Positions 33,572-42,789 of a stretch of DNA of 42,789 nt are shown in pieces. The DNA comes from a virus (taxonomy: Duplodnaviria > Caudoviricetes). Numbering within the stretch: the first letter of the stretch is position 1; every line of letters begins with the position of its first letter. The DNA is taken from the IMG/VR virus record IMGVR_UViG_3300049564_000015, positions 1 through 42,789 of that record; one strand, written 5' to 3'. Both the position numbers and the translations under genes were made by a program. Under the pieces are notes generated by a model. The model was not told the DNA's origin, made no database searches, and saw nothing but the letters and a program-made list of their open reading frames with translations.

Positions 33572-36135
33572 TATCGCACCTTAATTGGCTGGCCATTCCG
33601 CAGCGTCCAGACCTGCCCGTTGCCGAACGTTGTCTCGTGGCCCTCCTTCAGACTTGATCTGGCCGCGGCGGGAAGTGTGACCGTCTCTGGCGATTCACGC
33701 CCCGGCGCACTTCCGTCCGGCTGCCGCATCTCGCCGGTTTCCGGATTGTAGATCGGCGCTAACCCATGGCGGTCGTAATAACCGGCCTGCCAGCCGGGCG
33801 GCAGCATACCCCCGCTGCCGGGTTGGGCCGCATCTTTCACCGCGGCTTGTGCCATCTCACGCTCGTAGGTGAACTGCGAACGCGCCCAAGCCAATACCCG
33901 CCGCACCGCGTCCGGGTCAGTCTCGATACCAGGCTGAGCGTGGATGAATGCATCGATCTTCGCGTCGGTGATTGAACTGCCCGGCCCAAGGATCTGTTGG
34001 AGGATGGCACCCGACACCACAGACAACGTCTTGCGCGCTGTCTGGATATTCCCGATGGCCGTCGGATCGACGTTAATGAACGGCACCTTATCGGTCGGCA
34101 CACCGAGCGACTTCAACGCCGACTGTACCTCTGTGAGAGCACCCGAGAAGTAGCCGGTATTGATGCCTCCGGCACGCGCCTTATCCAGTTGACTTAGGCC
34201 ATAGTCGATATTCCCCTCCGCCGTCGCCGCGGCGCGACCCTGGTCGATTATCTTCGGCAGAGCTTGCGCGGTTGCGGTGCCGGTGGCGGTGCCCTGTGCT
34301 GCCGCAGCAGCCTGCTCGGCCACCCTCTTGGGGTCGGTTGTATAAACAACCGTCGCCTTACCGCCAGGCTCGGATTGGAGGATCGTGCCCTCTTTGGTGG
34401 TCGTCAGGCTTGGCGCTCGCGGCGTCACCGGCGGATGTGTGCCGGTCTCATCGATCCATGCGTTGTGCTGGTCGTTCCAGACATAGTGCGCATTCGGGTT
34501 CGCCGCGTTCAAACGCTCACCGGTAAGCTGCTTCGTCTGAATGCCGGTATTCGGATCGACGCTGACACTATCCGCCTGCATCACCAGCGCCGCCTGCGAC
34601 TTGAGATAGGCGACTGCCGCCTTCGCCTGCGGCAGTTGGCCACCCGGCCCCATCTCGATCGCAGCCGCTTGGCGGAGCATCTGCTGCGCCTGGTGATACT
34701 GCGGCGAGTTCACCCCAGTTCCGGGTTGCGCTCCAGGCTGGACCACCGGAGCCGTTGGAGGTTGCTGTTGTACCGGCGCTGCGGCGGTCTCAGAGCCTGC
34801 CCCAGGCCCGGCCGTGTCTGTCCCACCCGTCCGCGCCGCAACGCCGCCAGGGGCTACCGGAGTGGCCGCGCTGGCCTGTCTCACGCCGGCAGCGATGTCC
34901 GCTTGCGATAGCCGCTTTCCGGCACCGCCGGTTTCACCCGGCTGCGCCGCAGTGATCCAGGCAGCCGTCTTTGTCGGGTCCAGTTGAAACGGCTGATCCA
35001 CGCCGACGCCCATCGCCCCGGCGATCCGTTGCATGTCGGCGTCGTTGACCGCGCTCCCCTTGTGCCATTCGGTATACATCTGCCGCACGGTGTTGAGGCC
35101 GCGATCGGTCTGATACGACTGGAGCTTGGCCGCGGTCGCGGCAACGCCGTCCGCCATCGAGCCGAAGTTCGCCAGCCGCGCTCCGCCGGGCGTAACAACG
35201 CCGCCGGTATCGGTGGTGAGGTTCAGCGGGTTGTTGGCATTCCACCCGGTAGCAACGCCCTTGGGATGGTCGGTGCCGGGGCCTGAGCCTCGCGCGACCT
35301 CGAAGTGCATCGGATCGCGGTCGGCGCCCTGCCAGTCACCGCCCCACGTCAGGCCCCACTTGGCGGCGAGACTGCGCGCCAGATCAGGCGGGATGTCTGC
35401 CTGTGTGTTGGCACCCCGCGGATTGCGCTGCCAGTTCACGTCCATTGCCAAACCGTAGGCGTGCTGGCTCGGCGTGTTGGTGCCGGCGATGTTGCGCGGG
35501 TTGTAGCCGCCGGTGGTGTCTGGATCGAGCTTGTAGCCGGCCGCTTCAAGGTCGGTCAGCAGCCCCTGGAACTGCGGCGCGGCGCTCTTGGCAACGGTCG
35601 CGCCAGCGCCGCTTGGCAGCCGGAACTGCGTCAGGTCGGGATGGATGCCCGCAAGGTTCTGCGGCGCCGTTGGTGTGCTTGTCCCAGGCGGTGCATTAGT
35701 CCCGCCGCCCGCCGCCGGAGCCGTTGACGTGGGGGCGTTCTGTCCGAACACGGTGCGTAGGTTCTCTGCCAACCCAGGTGGGGTTATGAACCCCATCGAA
35801 TACTGGTCTTTGGCGGAGATCCCCATGCCAGCCAGCGCCCGCGCCTGGTCATCACCTGGGTAGGAGGCCGGTGCATTCTTGAAGTACCCAGGCGCCGACG
35901 CCCGCGCGTTCGCCAGCAGCGTCGGATACGCCGCGGCCCGCGCCTCCGGCGTCTGATACTGTGACAGCAGTGTGCCGGCGAGCCTCGCGCCCATCTCGAT
36001 CTCGTGGCCGCCGATGTCCTGCTGCTGCTGCAGGAGCTGGTTCTGGCCGCTCTGAAGATCGATCCCGGTCTTCCCCGATATCGAGTCATACAGGATGTTC
36101 AGCGGGACCGAGCTGGAAACCTGGGTGCCGGACAT
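33571..36135 (-). CDS. Ejection protein with M15 peptidase and lysozyme-like domains
   Basis: GGYNPR...SQHAYGLAMDVN...WGGDW...DPMHFE; NNPLNL...F.SMADGVAA....L..Y...GLNTVRQ. Confidence 0.82.
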   Translation of the reverse strand: MSGTQVSSSVPLNILYDSISGKTGIDLQSGQNQLLQQQQDIGGHEIEMGARLAGTLLSQYQTPEARAAAYPTLLANARASAPGYFKNAPASYPGDDQARALAGMGISAKDQYSMGFITPPGLAENLRTVFGQNAPTSTAPAAGGGTNAPPGTSTPTAPQNLAGIHPDLTQFRLPSGAGATVAKSAAPQFQGLLTDLEAAGYKLDPDTTGGYNPRNIAGTNTPSQHAYGLAMDVNWQRNPRGANTQADIPPDLARSLAAKWGLTWGGDWQGADRDPMHFEVARGSGPGTDHPKGVATGWNANNPLNLTTDTGGVVTPGGARLANFGSMADGVAATAAKLQSYQTDRGLNTVRQMYTEWHKGSAVNDADMQRIAGAMGVGVDQPFQLDPTKTAAWITAAQPGETGGAGKRLSQADIAAGVRQASAATPVAPGGVAARTGGTDTAGPGAGSETAAAPVQQQPPTAPVVQPGAQPGTGVNSPQYHQAQQMLRQAAAIEMGPGGQLPQAKAAVAYLKSQAALVMQADSVSVDPNTGIQTKQLTGERLNAANPNAHYVWNDQHNAWIDETGTHPPVTPRAPSLTTTKEGTILQSEPGGKATVVYTTDPKRVAEQAAAAAQGTATGTATAQALPKIIDQGRAAATAEGNIDYGLSQLDKARAGGINTGYFSGALTEVQSALKSLGVPTDKVPFINVDPTAIGNIQTARKTLSVVSGAILQQILGPGSSITDAKIDAFIHAQPGIETDPDAVRRVLAWARSQFTYEREMAQAAVKDAAQPGSGGMLPPGWQAGYYDRHGLAPIYNPETGEMRQPDGSAPGRESPETVTLPAAARSSLKEGHETTFGNGQVWTLRNGQPIKVR

Positions 36136-36761
36136 CAGACTGTCCAAGTCCCGGTGTCAGTGCCGCCGCCACCACCGCTGCCGCCAAGCCAACTCTGAAA
36201 GTCCTTGTTGGTCAGCAGCGCATTCGCGGCAGTGCCGAGGGAACTCGCCGTGTTTCCGTAAATCGAACTCTGCGCGTTGGCCCCGCCGATCGCCGTAGCG
36301 CCAGCAGCATTGGCCGTTGAAGCGCCCCCCGCCGCAGCGCTCTCGCCCAACGTGGATAAGCCCATAAGACGATTATAATACGTTCCGAAGTCGGAATTGG
36401 CTAGGCCCTCACCGAACGTCTGTTCTGCCTTGAGCGTTGCCCCCGATCGCAGCATCCCATGCGATGCCGCCCCGGCGTCCACTGCCCGAAGGCCCTCGCC
36501 CATTTGCCAGGCATATCCGGGCGATGTCTGATAATTTGCCATCGCAGCATCGGCCGCCGGCTGCCCGTTAAGCCCCAGCAGATCCTGCTGCGCCTGAAGC
36601 GGCGCGAGGCCGGCAGTGCGATACGGCGACAGATCCTGGCGCTGCTGATCGAACTGCTTCTGCGCCTGCGCCTGGCCCGCCTTCGCGGCACCGGACTGCA
36701 GCAACCCGCCACCGAGCGCTCCGGCAGCACTAACCCCAGCAGCAGCTACGGCCCAAGGCAT
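36135..36761 (-). CDS. DNA-transfer/pilot protein, P22 gp7-like
   Basis: Gly/Ala-rich; LSPYRTAG, SPGYAWQ..EG...., G.LRSGATLKA...FG.GLA. Confidence 0.8.
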   Translation of the reverse strand: MPWAVAAAGVSAAGALGGGLLQSGAAKAGQAQAQKQFDQQRQDLSPYRTAGLAPLQAQQDLLGLNGQPAADAAMANYQTSPGYAWQMGEGLRAVDAGAASHGMLRSGATLKAEQTFGEGLANSDFGTYYNRLMGLSTLGESAAAGGASTANAAGATAIGGANAQSSIYGNTASSLGTAANALLTNKDFQSWLGGSGGGGGTDTGTWTV

Positions 36762-36764
36762 CGC

Positions 36765-37106
36765 TCAGTCCTCCAGATCCAGGTGCGCGCGCAGCGACAC
36801 CGCAGGCTCGCCCTCGACGTGATCGGCGTTGTGGATGCAGGCCAATGTGCATCCGTTTTCAAGTGTGAGAAACGTATGCAGCGTATTGGCCGGAATACGA
36901 ATGACGGCCGGCGCTTGGTAGTCGCCAATCATCTCATCACCTCGCCATGCCCGTACAGCGCCAGCCGTCACAAGCGTAATGTGGCCTGTCTCGTGAGCAT
37001 GTTGGGGCAAGAGCGTGCCAGCGTCCCGCACAGACCAGAGCTTCATAAACACGCCAGCAAAGATGACCAATTCCACCTGCTCTGGCTGGTGTTCAGCGCG
37101 TTTCAT
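36765..37106 (-). CDS. Cupin-domain protein
   Basis: PQHAH..GH.T....G.V...IPANTLH.F..LE.....CIH. Confidence 0.82.
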   Translation of the reverse strand: MKRAEHQPEQVELVIFAGVFMKLWSVRDAGTLLPQHAHETGHITLVTAGAVRAWRGDEMIGDYQAPAVIRIPANTLHTFLTLENGCTLACIHNADHVEGEPAVSLRAHLDLED

Positions 37107-37656
37107 GTTCCACCCGCAGACAGATGATCAGCGTCGTGCGCTGCGTGGTACCGCCATTCTCCATGGAATGTGGGCGCAGATTGTCCAGCTCGAAGATCTC
37201 CCCAGGCCGGAACACCTGCTCGTCGCCGTCACACTCCACCACGCAGCGGGCATTAGCTTCCAGCACCACGTAGCACTTGCAGTTGTAGCGCTCCGCATGC
37301 CAGGCGCCCGCGTCACTATGTCGCTCGATACGACCTCCAGGGGGCAGCCGGGTGCAGAGTATCCCCCCGAGTTCCACAGACCTCTGTGAACCCATCAACG
37401 ACCAGACGACAGGATGTATCGACGGCAGCCGGTCCCACACTGGATAGAACACGCATTGGCCGGGCTGGTTGTAGTCGGCCGGTTCCCGCAGTGTCTCGCG
37501 TGGGAAGTACCTAATCCACACGTCAGTCATATCGCCGTGCGCGGTTCCTTCGCGCTCCTTGCGTTCCGCGTACTGGCCCCACTCCGGGAGAGCCTCCAAC
37601 TCAGCCAGGATTGGCGAAACGTCGAGGCCGGCATGGATGAGACGGAAGTTGCGCAT
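37093..37656 (-). CDS. 2OG-Fe(II) oxygenase, Asp/Asn beta-hydroxylase / proline hydroxylase-like
   Basis: RLPPGGRI..HSD, GEIFELDN..PHS..N.G...R..LII (HxD...H...R). Confidence 0.88.
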   Translation of the reverse strand: MRNFRLIHAGLDVSPILAELEALPEWGQYAERKEREGTAHGDMTDVWIRYFPRETLREPADYNQPGQCVFYPVWDRLPSIHPVVWSLMGSQRSVELGGILCTRLPPGGRIERHSDAGAWHAERYNCKCYVVLEANARCVVECDGDEQVFRPGEIFELDNLRPHSMENGGTTQRTTLIICLRVEHETR

Positions 37657-38324
37657 CACCCCTCCGGGGAAGGACGCCAGCCGCCCGCAGGCAGACTGGC
37701 GCCGCTAGTATGCAGAGAAGAATTCTCCATGAACGACCTTCGCGGCAATAAGCCAAGCCGCATGAGCTTCTTCCGCAGTTTTATATGAACCAATCACAGC
37801 AAGAAACTCACGGCCATGTCTCCGCACGCCCTTCGGCAGCGGGCTTGTTCTCCCTCGATTCATGCACTGCTGGACAGGAGTTGCTTCCCGAAGGTTCGCC
37901 CAACGATTGTCGTAAGGGTTGCGGTTTATGTGGTCGATACTTTGCTTTGGCCATGCGCCGGTCATTATCGCCCAAGCCACCCTGTGAGCAAGAAATTGGT
38001 GCTTGTTGACAGCCACGACGAAGCCACTTCTCAGATGGCGTCCCCCTGCTGCTCTGCCGGCATGTTTGGTGTTCCAGCCGAACCCTTGCGGAGACTGAAA
38101 GGATTCTATCGGCCTTGGCTTCCAGGTTAATCTCCCAGTGAGATGGTCGTAGGCGAGAAGTTGACGCAGGTACTCTGGTGTGATGGGGTCGTCTTTGGTC
38201 ATTAGTTCCGCTCCAATCGGACTGATGATCTTGGAGAAGGGCGCTTGCATCGCTCATTCTCCTCGGTAGCGCCGGCGGGATCAGCCCCGTCGGCGTTTCC
38301 ATGTCTAGCACATCGTTGCGCATC
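37648..38324 (-). mobile_element. HNH cassette flanked by a 10-bp direct repeat
   Basis: GTTGCGCATC at 37648-37657 and 38315-38324; GC-rich hairpins near both ends. Confidence 0.6.
37705..38250 (-). CDS. HNH homing endonuclease with degenerate AP2-like C-terminus
   Basis: LAYD..TG.L.W, AHRVAW...G.WP..IDHINRNPYDNRWANLREAT, AEEAHAAW..AA...HGEF; alternative start 38202. Confidence 0.9.
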   Translation of the reverse strand: MQAPFSKIISPIGAELMTKDDPITPEYLRQLLAYDHLTGRLTWKPRPIESFQSPQGFGWNTKHAGRAAGGRHLRSGFVVAVNKHQFLAHRVAWAIMTGAWPKQSIDHINRNPYDNRWANLREATPVQQCMNRGRTSPLPKGVRRHGREFLAVIGSYKTAEEAHAAWLIAAKVVHGEFFSAY

Positions 38325-38839
38325 TACCGCATACGCCTGGCGCGAATCACACCGCTCGCCGTTACCGTGCCGCTGAAATACGCCACCGCCACCAGCCACA
38401 CCGTGGTCGCCGCCGTCACGTTGTAGCGCCGCGTCGCCGTGGCCAGAAGCTGGTTCGTGGAGCCAGCCGGGAACGTCGCGTTGATCAGCACGGTGACGCC
38501 GCCAATGCCGCAGCCCACCGCACTGAGTGTGCCGCCACTGGTCACGAACTGCACATCACCCGACACATCCCAGTCGCCTGCCGTCAGCGACAGCGAAACC
38601 ACGTTGGTGCTCGCGCCACTGAACAGCGGCGTCGCAGCGCTCGCGGTCAGATACTCGCCGATATTGCCAGCCGCCGCGTCGGAACCGTCCGTCACGCCCT
38701 GGTTTACCTTCGCGAGCGCCGTCAGTTGACGCGATACATCATCAAAGAAACCGTTCCAGGCCTGCGAGTGCTGGCCATCAGCCGCTATCGGATTCTCGTT
38801 GGCGGGTGGTGACACCGCGCCGGTTGTCGTCATGGGCAT
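38324..38839 (-). CDS. Tail-associated structural protein (needle/plug position)
   Basis: Follows gp10; W..FF motif; GVTDGSDAAAGNIGEY; LTAGDWDV; ends IRARRMR. Confidence 0.65.
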   Translation of the reverse strand: MPMTTTGAVSPPANENPIAADGQHSQAWNGFFDDVSRQLTALAKVNQGVTDGSDAAAGNIGEYLTASAATPLFSGASTNVVSLSLTAGDWDVSGDVQFVTSGGTLSAVGCGIGGVTVLINATFPAGSTNQLLATATRRYNVTAATTVWLVAVAYFSGTVTASGVIRARRMR

Positions 38840-40296
38840 CAATGAGTGCCCGCGGTAGTATCGACATCCACGCCATACAGGGTCGGGCTACCCATCATCG
38901 TCAATCGGAAAACCCTTTGCCGGAAACTGCCTAGCCGGGTCGTCGCGGTGCGAAACCGCGTCTGCCCGGCCGGCGCGGTCGGCAGCGAGCGTGAGGCGTT
39001 CCAGTTGATCCCGCCGTCGTCGCTCCATTCCAGGGTCATTGGTGCCACTGACGTTGCCGAACCCTGCCCCATCTCGACTTCCAGCCGCGCGCAGAATGCC
39101 CGGCGCGTCGTGGCCCAGAGCGGCGGCAGCGTCGCCTGACGTATCAGCGGTACACCTCCATCGCTTGCGCTTCCCAGGTTCGGAAGGAACAAAGCTCCGG
39201 TCGTTGCGTCCCCCAGCAGATAGCTTGATCCGAACGACGCCGCCGTCCTGGGCCGCCAGGCAGCGCTGCCATCCGCCGAGCTGGACCGCTCATGCCACAA
39301 GCTTGTGGCCACGTCATACACCAGCGTCCGCGTGTCCTGCGTGATGCAATAGAGACTGTGGCCATTGTAGACAAAGGCATACGCATAGTCCGTTTCTTCA
39401 ATGATCTGCTCAATGGCGTGCGTGGAAACGCGCTGCGGCCTATAGCCGACGCTGCGATACACTATGCTGTCGGTGCCTACCCACCACACTGAGCCGTCGA
39501 GCACCGCCACTGAGCGGGCCGTGAAGATACCTGGCGCAAACACCCCTCCGGCACGGCGGCGGAAGGGAAAGAACGAGGTGCCGGGCGCTGTCTCCAGGCC
39601 AGAAGACCCCGCATCATACCAAACCTCGAAAGCTCGCTCACCAATAAGCCAGAACTCTCCCCTGTGCGCGATCACCCGGCGGATGACGTTTGGCACGCCG
39701 TCCGAATAGGCAAAGTCCAGGGCGTCATATTTTGTCGGATCAAGCAAATAGGATATGAACCAGCGCGTATCGTCCTCGTATCCCGTGAAAGCGAAGTAAC
39801 CATCCAACTGCGCCACCGAGGCGGCGCCGGGAAAGTCGCCGGTTATCTGGTTGAGCGGACCGTTCCAGTTGCATGTCCACGCATTGGGCGGCACGCAGAC
39901 AACAGCCTGCGTCGATCCCACGGCGATTGTCACGTAATCGTAAGGCCGCGCCGGAACGCCCACGTCGCCCATATCCTCTATGGCGGGCGTGGGGTCTGGT
40001 GCGTTCGGGAACGTCACCCGATAGAAGTGCGTGCCAGATACAACGTAAGTCACGCCCGGCTGGTCGTCATTCAGCGCCCAGATCGGGCCGCTGCCGACGG
40101 TCATGAACAGGTTCAGTCCGGCCGTAGACACCAGGGCCGCGGCGGTGCGCGCGTCGGCCGGTTCCTGCTCGGCCATCAGGTTGATGAGCCGCTTCGCCGA
40201 CAGCGGCAGCGAGGAGTGGCTGTAGCTTTCCAGCGGAATCGGGATGCGCCGCATGCCAGTCTGTGGCGTAGGCGCCTGGGTGTTGGTGTCAGACAT
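38839..40296 (-). CDS. Packaged-DNA stabilisation/tail hub protein, P22 gp10-like
   Basis: LDGYF, EVWYDAG, RVSTHAIE, TLVYD..T.LWHER, SDDGG..W, RLGSFRQRVFRL; ATG 40296. Confidence 0.85.
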   Translation of the reverse strand: MSDTNTQAPTPQTGMRRIPIPLESYSHSSLPLSAKRLINLMAEQEPADARTAAALVSTAGLNLFMTVGSGPIWALNDDQPGVTYVVSGTHFYRVTFPNAPDPTPAIEDMGDVGVPARPYDYVTIAVGSTQAVVCVPPNAWTCNWNGPLNQITGDFPGAASVAQLDGYFAFTGYEDDTRWFISYLLDPTKYDALDFAYSDGVPNVIRRVIAHRGEFWLIGERAFEVWYDAGSSGLETAPGTSFFPFRRRAGGVFAPGIFTARSVAVLDGSVWWVGTDSIVYRSVGYRPQRVSTHAIEQIIEETDYAYAFVYNGHSLYCITQDTRTLVYDVATSLWHERSSSADGSAAWRPRTAASFGSSYLLGDATTGALFLPNLGSASDGGVPLIRQATLPPLWATTRRAFCARLEVEMGQGSATSVAPMTLEWSDDGGINWNASRSLPTAPAGQTRFRTATTRLGSFRQRVFRLTMMGSPTLYGVDVDTTAGTH

Positions 40297-41759
40297 CAGG
40301 CGGTGACCGCAGTGCCAGAGCAGACCGAGATCCACTGCGCTGACGACCAGAACACTAGCACGCCGGTTCCCGCGCCGGCGGCCTCGCCTGGCTTGCGACC
40401 GTTCATGCAAAAGACCATGCAACCGCTGTTCTGAACGTGCATCACCGGCAACTGGGCAAACGTCACGGGCCAGGGCAGCAGTGGCACGGTGAACTGCGGC
40501 AGGGTAGCGTTGGCGCCGCCACCAGAGACTGTGCCGCCCATGACGCTGATCTGCACATCGGCGTTGTTCTGTCCACCCAAGATCCGCAGACGTGTCGGAT
40601 TGGTCAACGAGCCATAGGTCGCATCCAGCGACTGCAATCCCGGCTGCAGCACCTGGGGAACCGCGCCGGCAACGTAGCTGCCTATGGCATCATAATAGAG
40701 CGTCGCGCCGGGATCGATGGTGATGGTCGGTGCGCCATCCATCATACTGACCTGAATTTTGTTGTTGATACTTGGCGTTGTGCCGCCAAGCGCCCTGATC
40801 GGCGCCGCAGTGCCGACCGGCGTGCCGGCAAAGCAGCCCCAGATGAATGTGTTGTTCTGGGCGTTCTTCAACGATCCATCAGACGTGCCATTGAATACGA
40901 CGCCATAACCAGTCCCACCAGAACCACGCGATGAGCTGCAATTAATGAACACATTATCGTCGCCGCACACGATGACGTATGCGGTCCCGTTCATGTGCGT
41001 GACCTGGATGTTCTCGAAGAAATTAAAGGCGCACCCATAGCCAAGACCAGGTGTGGTGCCGGTAACGCTATCGAGCCCGATGCCGTTCCCGGCAGCAGAG
41101 AGGGTGATATTAATATTGCGGAAGTTGTTGCGCTCGGAATAGCCCGCGGCGGTCGTGGGGGCTGTGGCAACATAAATTCCGTTGTCCTGCGCTGTCAGGA
41201 TGTTCAGATTAGCAAACTCGGAATTGCAGACCGAGGAGACCAGTAGCCCCTCATTCGCGCGGCCGTTGCAATCGAGGTTCATGTCACGGACTGCCATACC
41301 CCACAGGAACTGCGGATTTGGCATGCCGGGCACCCCTCCCGGAACGGGTGGGCTGAAAGCCAGCAGCGGTCCGGTGGCTCCAGTGTAGAGCAGCGTCGTG
41401 CCACGATTGGGCTGGTATCCGTACATCCAGTTGCCAGCTCCAGCACCCTGCATCTGCACGTTGGGCACGTTGATGTTGATTGTACCGCTCACCGCATATG
41501 TGCCAGGCGGGAAATGGATCGAACCGCCGGCGATGCCGACAGCGGCGATGGCAGCGTTGATTGCTGACAGATCGTCATGCACCCCGTCGCCCACCGCGCC
41601 ATATTCCTGCGGGGTGACAACGCCGGAGCTGGCCAGGCAATAGTTGCGCAGCGCAACGGCACTGAAGCGACCAGATCCGGCTCGCTCGCCCACAAATGAC
41701 GACGTATCGGTGACGGCGCCGATGTCCGGCATATCGACGATGCGGATGCTGCCACTCAT
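40296..41759 (-). CDS. Second tailspike/depolymerase, beta-helix, 487 aa
   Basis: MSGSIRIVDMP; TPQEYGAVGDGVHDDLSAINAAI...IHFPPGTY; Asn-rich coils. Confidence 0.85.
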   Translation of the reverse strand: MSGSIRIVDMPDIGAVTDTSSFVGERAGSGRFSAVALRNYCLASSGVVTPQEYGAVGDGVHDDLSAINAAIAAVGIAGGSIHFPPGTYAVSGTININVPNVQMQGAGAGNWMYGYQPNRGTTLLYTGATGPLLAFSPPVPGGVPGMPNPQFLWGMAVRDMNLDCNGRANEGLLVSSVCNSEFANLNILTAQDNGIYVATAPTTAAGYSERNNFRNINITLSAAGNGIGLDSVTGTTPGLGYGCAFNFFENIQVTHMNGTAYVIVCGDDNVFINCSSSRGSGGTGYGVVFNGTSDGSLKNAQNNTFIWGCFAGTPVGTAAPIRALGGTTPSINNKIQVSMMDGAPTITIDPGATLYYDAIGSYVAGAVPQVLQPGLQSLDATYGSLTNPTRLRILGGQNNADVQISVMGGTVSGGGANATLPQFTVPLLPWPVTFAQLPVMHVQNSGCMVFCMNGRKPGEAAGAGTGVLVFWSSAQWISVCSGTAVTA

Positions 41760-42271
41760 GCCAGGACGGGCTCCAGGATGTCGGTCGTTATCGGGATCGT
41801 GTCGTCGGTGAGCAGCGAGGTCGGCGGCAGTTGGAACACCGCGCCGCCGAGGCGGATATGCAGAATGCCGGACATCAGCGTCTCGGCGCCCTGCGTGTCG
41901 TAGCTGAGCTGCACGGCCCAGATGCAGCGGCGTGGCCAGAGGCTCATGGTGCCGGACGGGAACGTGAAGTCGAACGCGCCGAGGGCATCGGATGCGACGC
42001 CTGGAATGCTCGCTAGCAACTGGCCGGTGACCGGGTGCCACATGCCGTATTCGTGCCAGTACTGACCGGGCACATCGGCCCACACGGTGAACTGAGCGGC
42101 GGGACCGCCGAGGCCGCCGGTGACCTCGATCGCCTGCGCGCACGGGTCGTCACTGTCCACCACGGTAACGCGCAGATAGAGGCTGTCGGCCGAGGCCAGC
42201 ACCAGGTCGCGGCGCGGGATGTGGATGGGCGAGGTGCGCATATAGGGCACGGTGAGGGCCATGGATGGCAT
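41756..42271 (-). CDS. Structural adaptor protein
   Basis: Beta-rich body, C-terminal LLTDDTIPITTD; between the two tailspike genes. Confidence 0.6.
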   Translation of the reverse strand: MPSMALTVPYMRTSPIHIPRRDLVLASADSLYLRVTVVDSDDPCAQAIEVTGGLGGPAAQFTVWADVPGQYWHEYGMWHPVTGQLLASIPGVASDALGAFDFTFPSGTMSLWPRRCIWAVQLSYDTQGAETLMSGILHIRLGGAVFQLPPTSLLTDDTIPITTDILEPVLA

Positions 42272-42286
42272 TTGGTCGTCCCTGGG

Positions 42287-42789
42287 CTAATTGAACTGAT
42301 AGACACCCGCTGCTTGCACACCTGGGAATGTGTTGGTCCAGTTCGGCGAATTGTTGCCGATGATCCGGTGCTGATTGTCACTCGCACAGTTGATAAAGAT
42401 ACCGGCCCCTGCGCCTTTGTCGTTAGCGCGACAATTCGACATCGAGAGGAAGCTAGAGATGTTCGCGCCGACCGATACGCACGGCTGCACATAGGCAATG
42501 TTAGCTGTGCGAAGGAAGAAACATGACGATATAATCGCTTCGGCGATACCGCCGCCTGTTCCGTTAACCACAACCCCCGTCACATCAGCCGACGAGGTAT
42601 CAAATGAGCATCCTGTCAGGACAATGCGGCCGGTATTACCGGAAGATCCAAGCACGTCGATGAACGATGCGCCGGAGTTGCCCTGACCGAACCAGCTGTT
42701 TGAGATATAAAGAATGCCATTCGTAATCGTGGCGGCCTTAAATCCCGCTGCCGTAGCGGTGAAGTAAGAGCCCGTCACCTCGAACCGGC
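42287..42789 (-). CDS. 3' part of the contig-end-spanning tailspike gene
   Basis: In frame with 1634->1 across the overlap; TAG at 42287. Confidence 0.88.
   Translation of the reverse strand, partial: RFEVTGSYFTATAAGFKAATITNGILYISNSWFGQGNSGASFIDVLGSSGNTGRIVLTGCSFDTSSADVTGVVVNGTGGGIAEAIISSCFFLRTANIAYVQPCVSVGANISSFLSMSNCRANDKGAGAGIFINCASDNQHRIIGNNSPNWTNTFPGVQAAGVYQFN
42672..42789 (+). repeat. Terminal direct repeat, right copy
   Basis: Identical to 1-118. Confidence 0.95.

Noticed and set aside
40296-42143. Extended ORF-track starts (42143, 40422, 29358, 20628, 19840, 15998, 8450)
   Set aside because: Extensions overlap upstream genes or promoters; internal ATGs with stop/start coupling or RBS fit better
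42672-42789. Biological terminal repeat
   Set aside because: Falls mid-gene and has a k-mer-like length; best explained as assembler overlap
1-42789. Alternative genetic code or tRNA genes
   Set aside because: Genes are full length under the standard code with all three stops used; no cloverleaf noticed by eye

Overview
Apparently complete circular (or circularly permuted) dsDNA phage genome of 42,671 bp; positions 1-118 recur exactly at 42672-42789. It is GC-rich and podovirus-like, with P22-type portal, head-completion, gp10 and ejection proteins and an N4-gp56-type capsid. GcrA and a DnaA domain IV gene point to an alphaproteobacterial host. A long minus-strand region runs cro, GcrA, VRR-NUC, DnaA-C, Rep (internal iteron origin with a DnaA box), NusG, terminase, portal, scaffold, capsid, collagen/foldon fibres, two beta-helix tailspikes (one spans the contig ends), gp10, a 2OG-Fe(II) hydroxylase plus cupin, ejection proteins, a DNA methyltransferase and a 561-aa enzyme. 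The plus-strand early arm has a CI-like repressor, Gp157, ERF and a repeat-punctuated array of small genes. I recognise no integrase, partition system or stand-alone endolysin. Best leads: a triple-hairpin capsid leader with an alternative helix burying the AUG; AT-rich recoded patches in portal and capsid flanking an HNH gene; a DGGxF/ILRIKRR fibre docking chain; a DnaA-box origin beside a DnaA domain IV gene; and res-site-like repeats at small-gene junctions. All family calls are by-eye motif recognition, not database searches.
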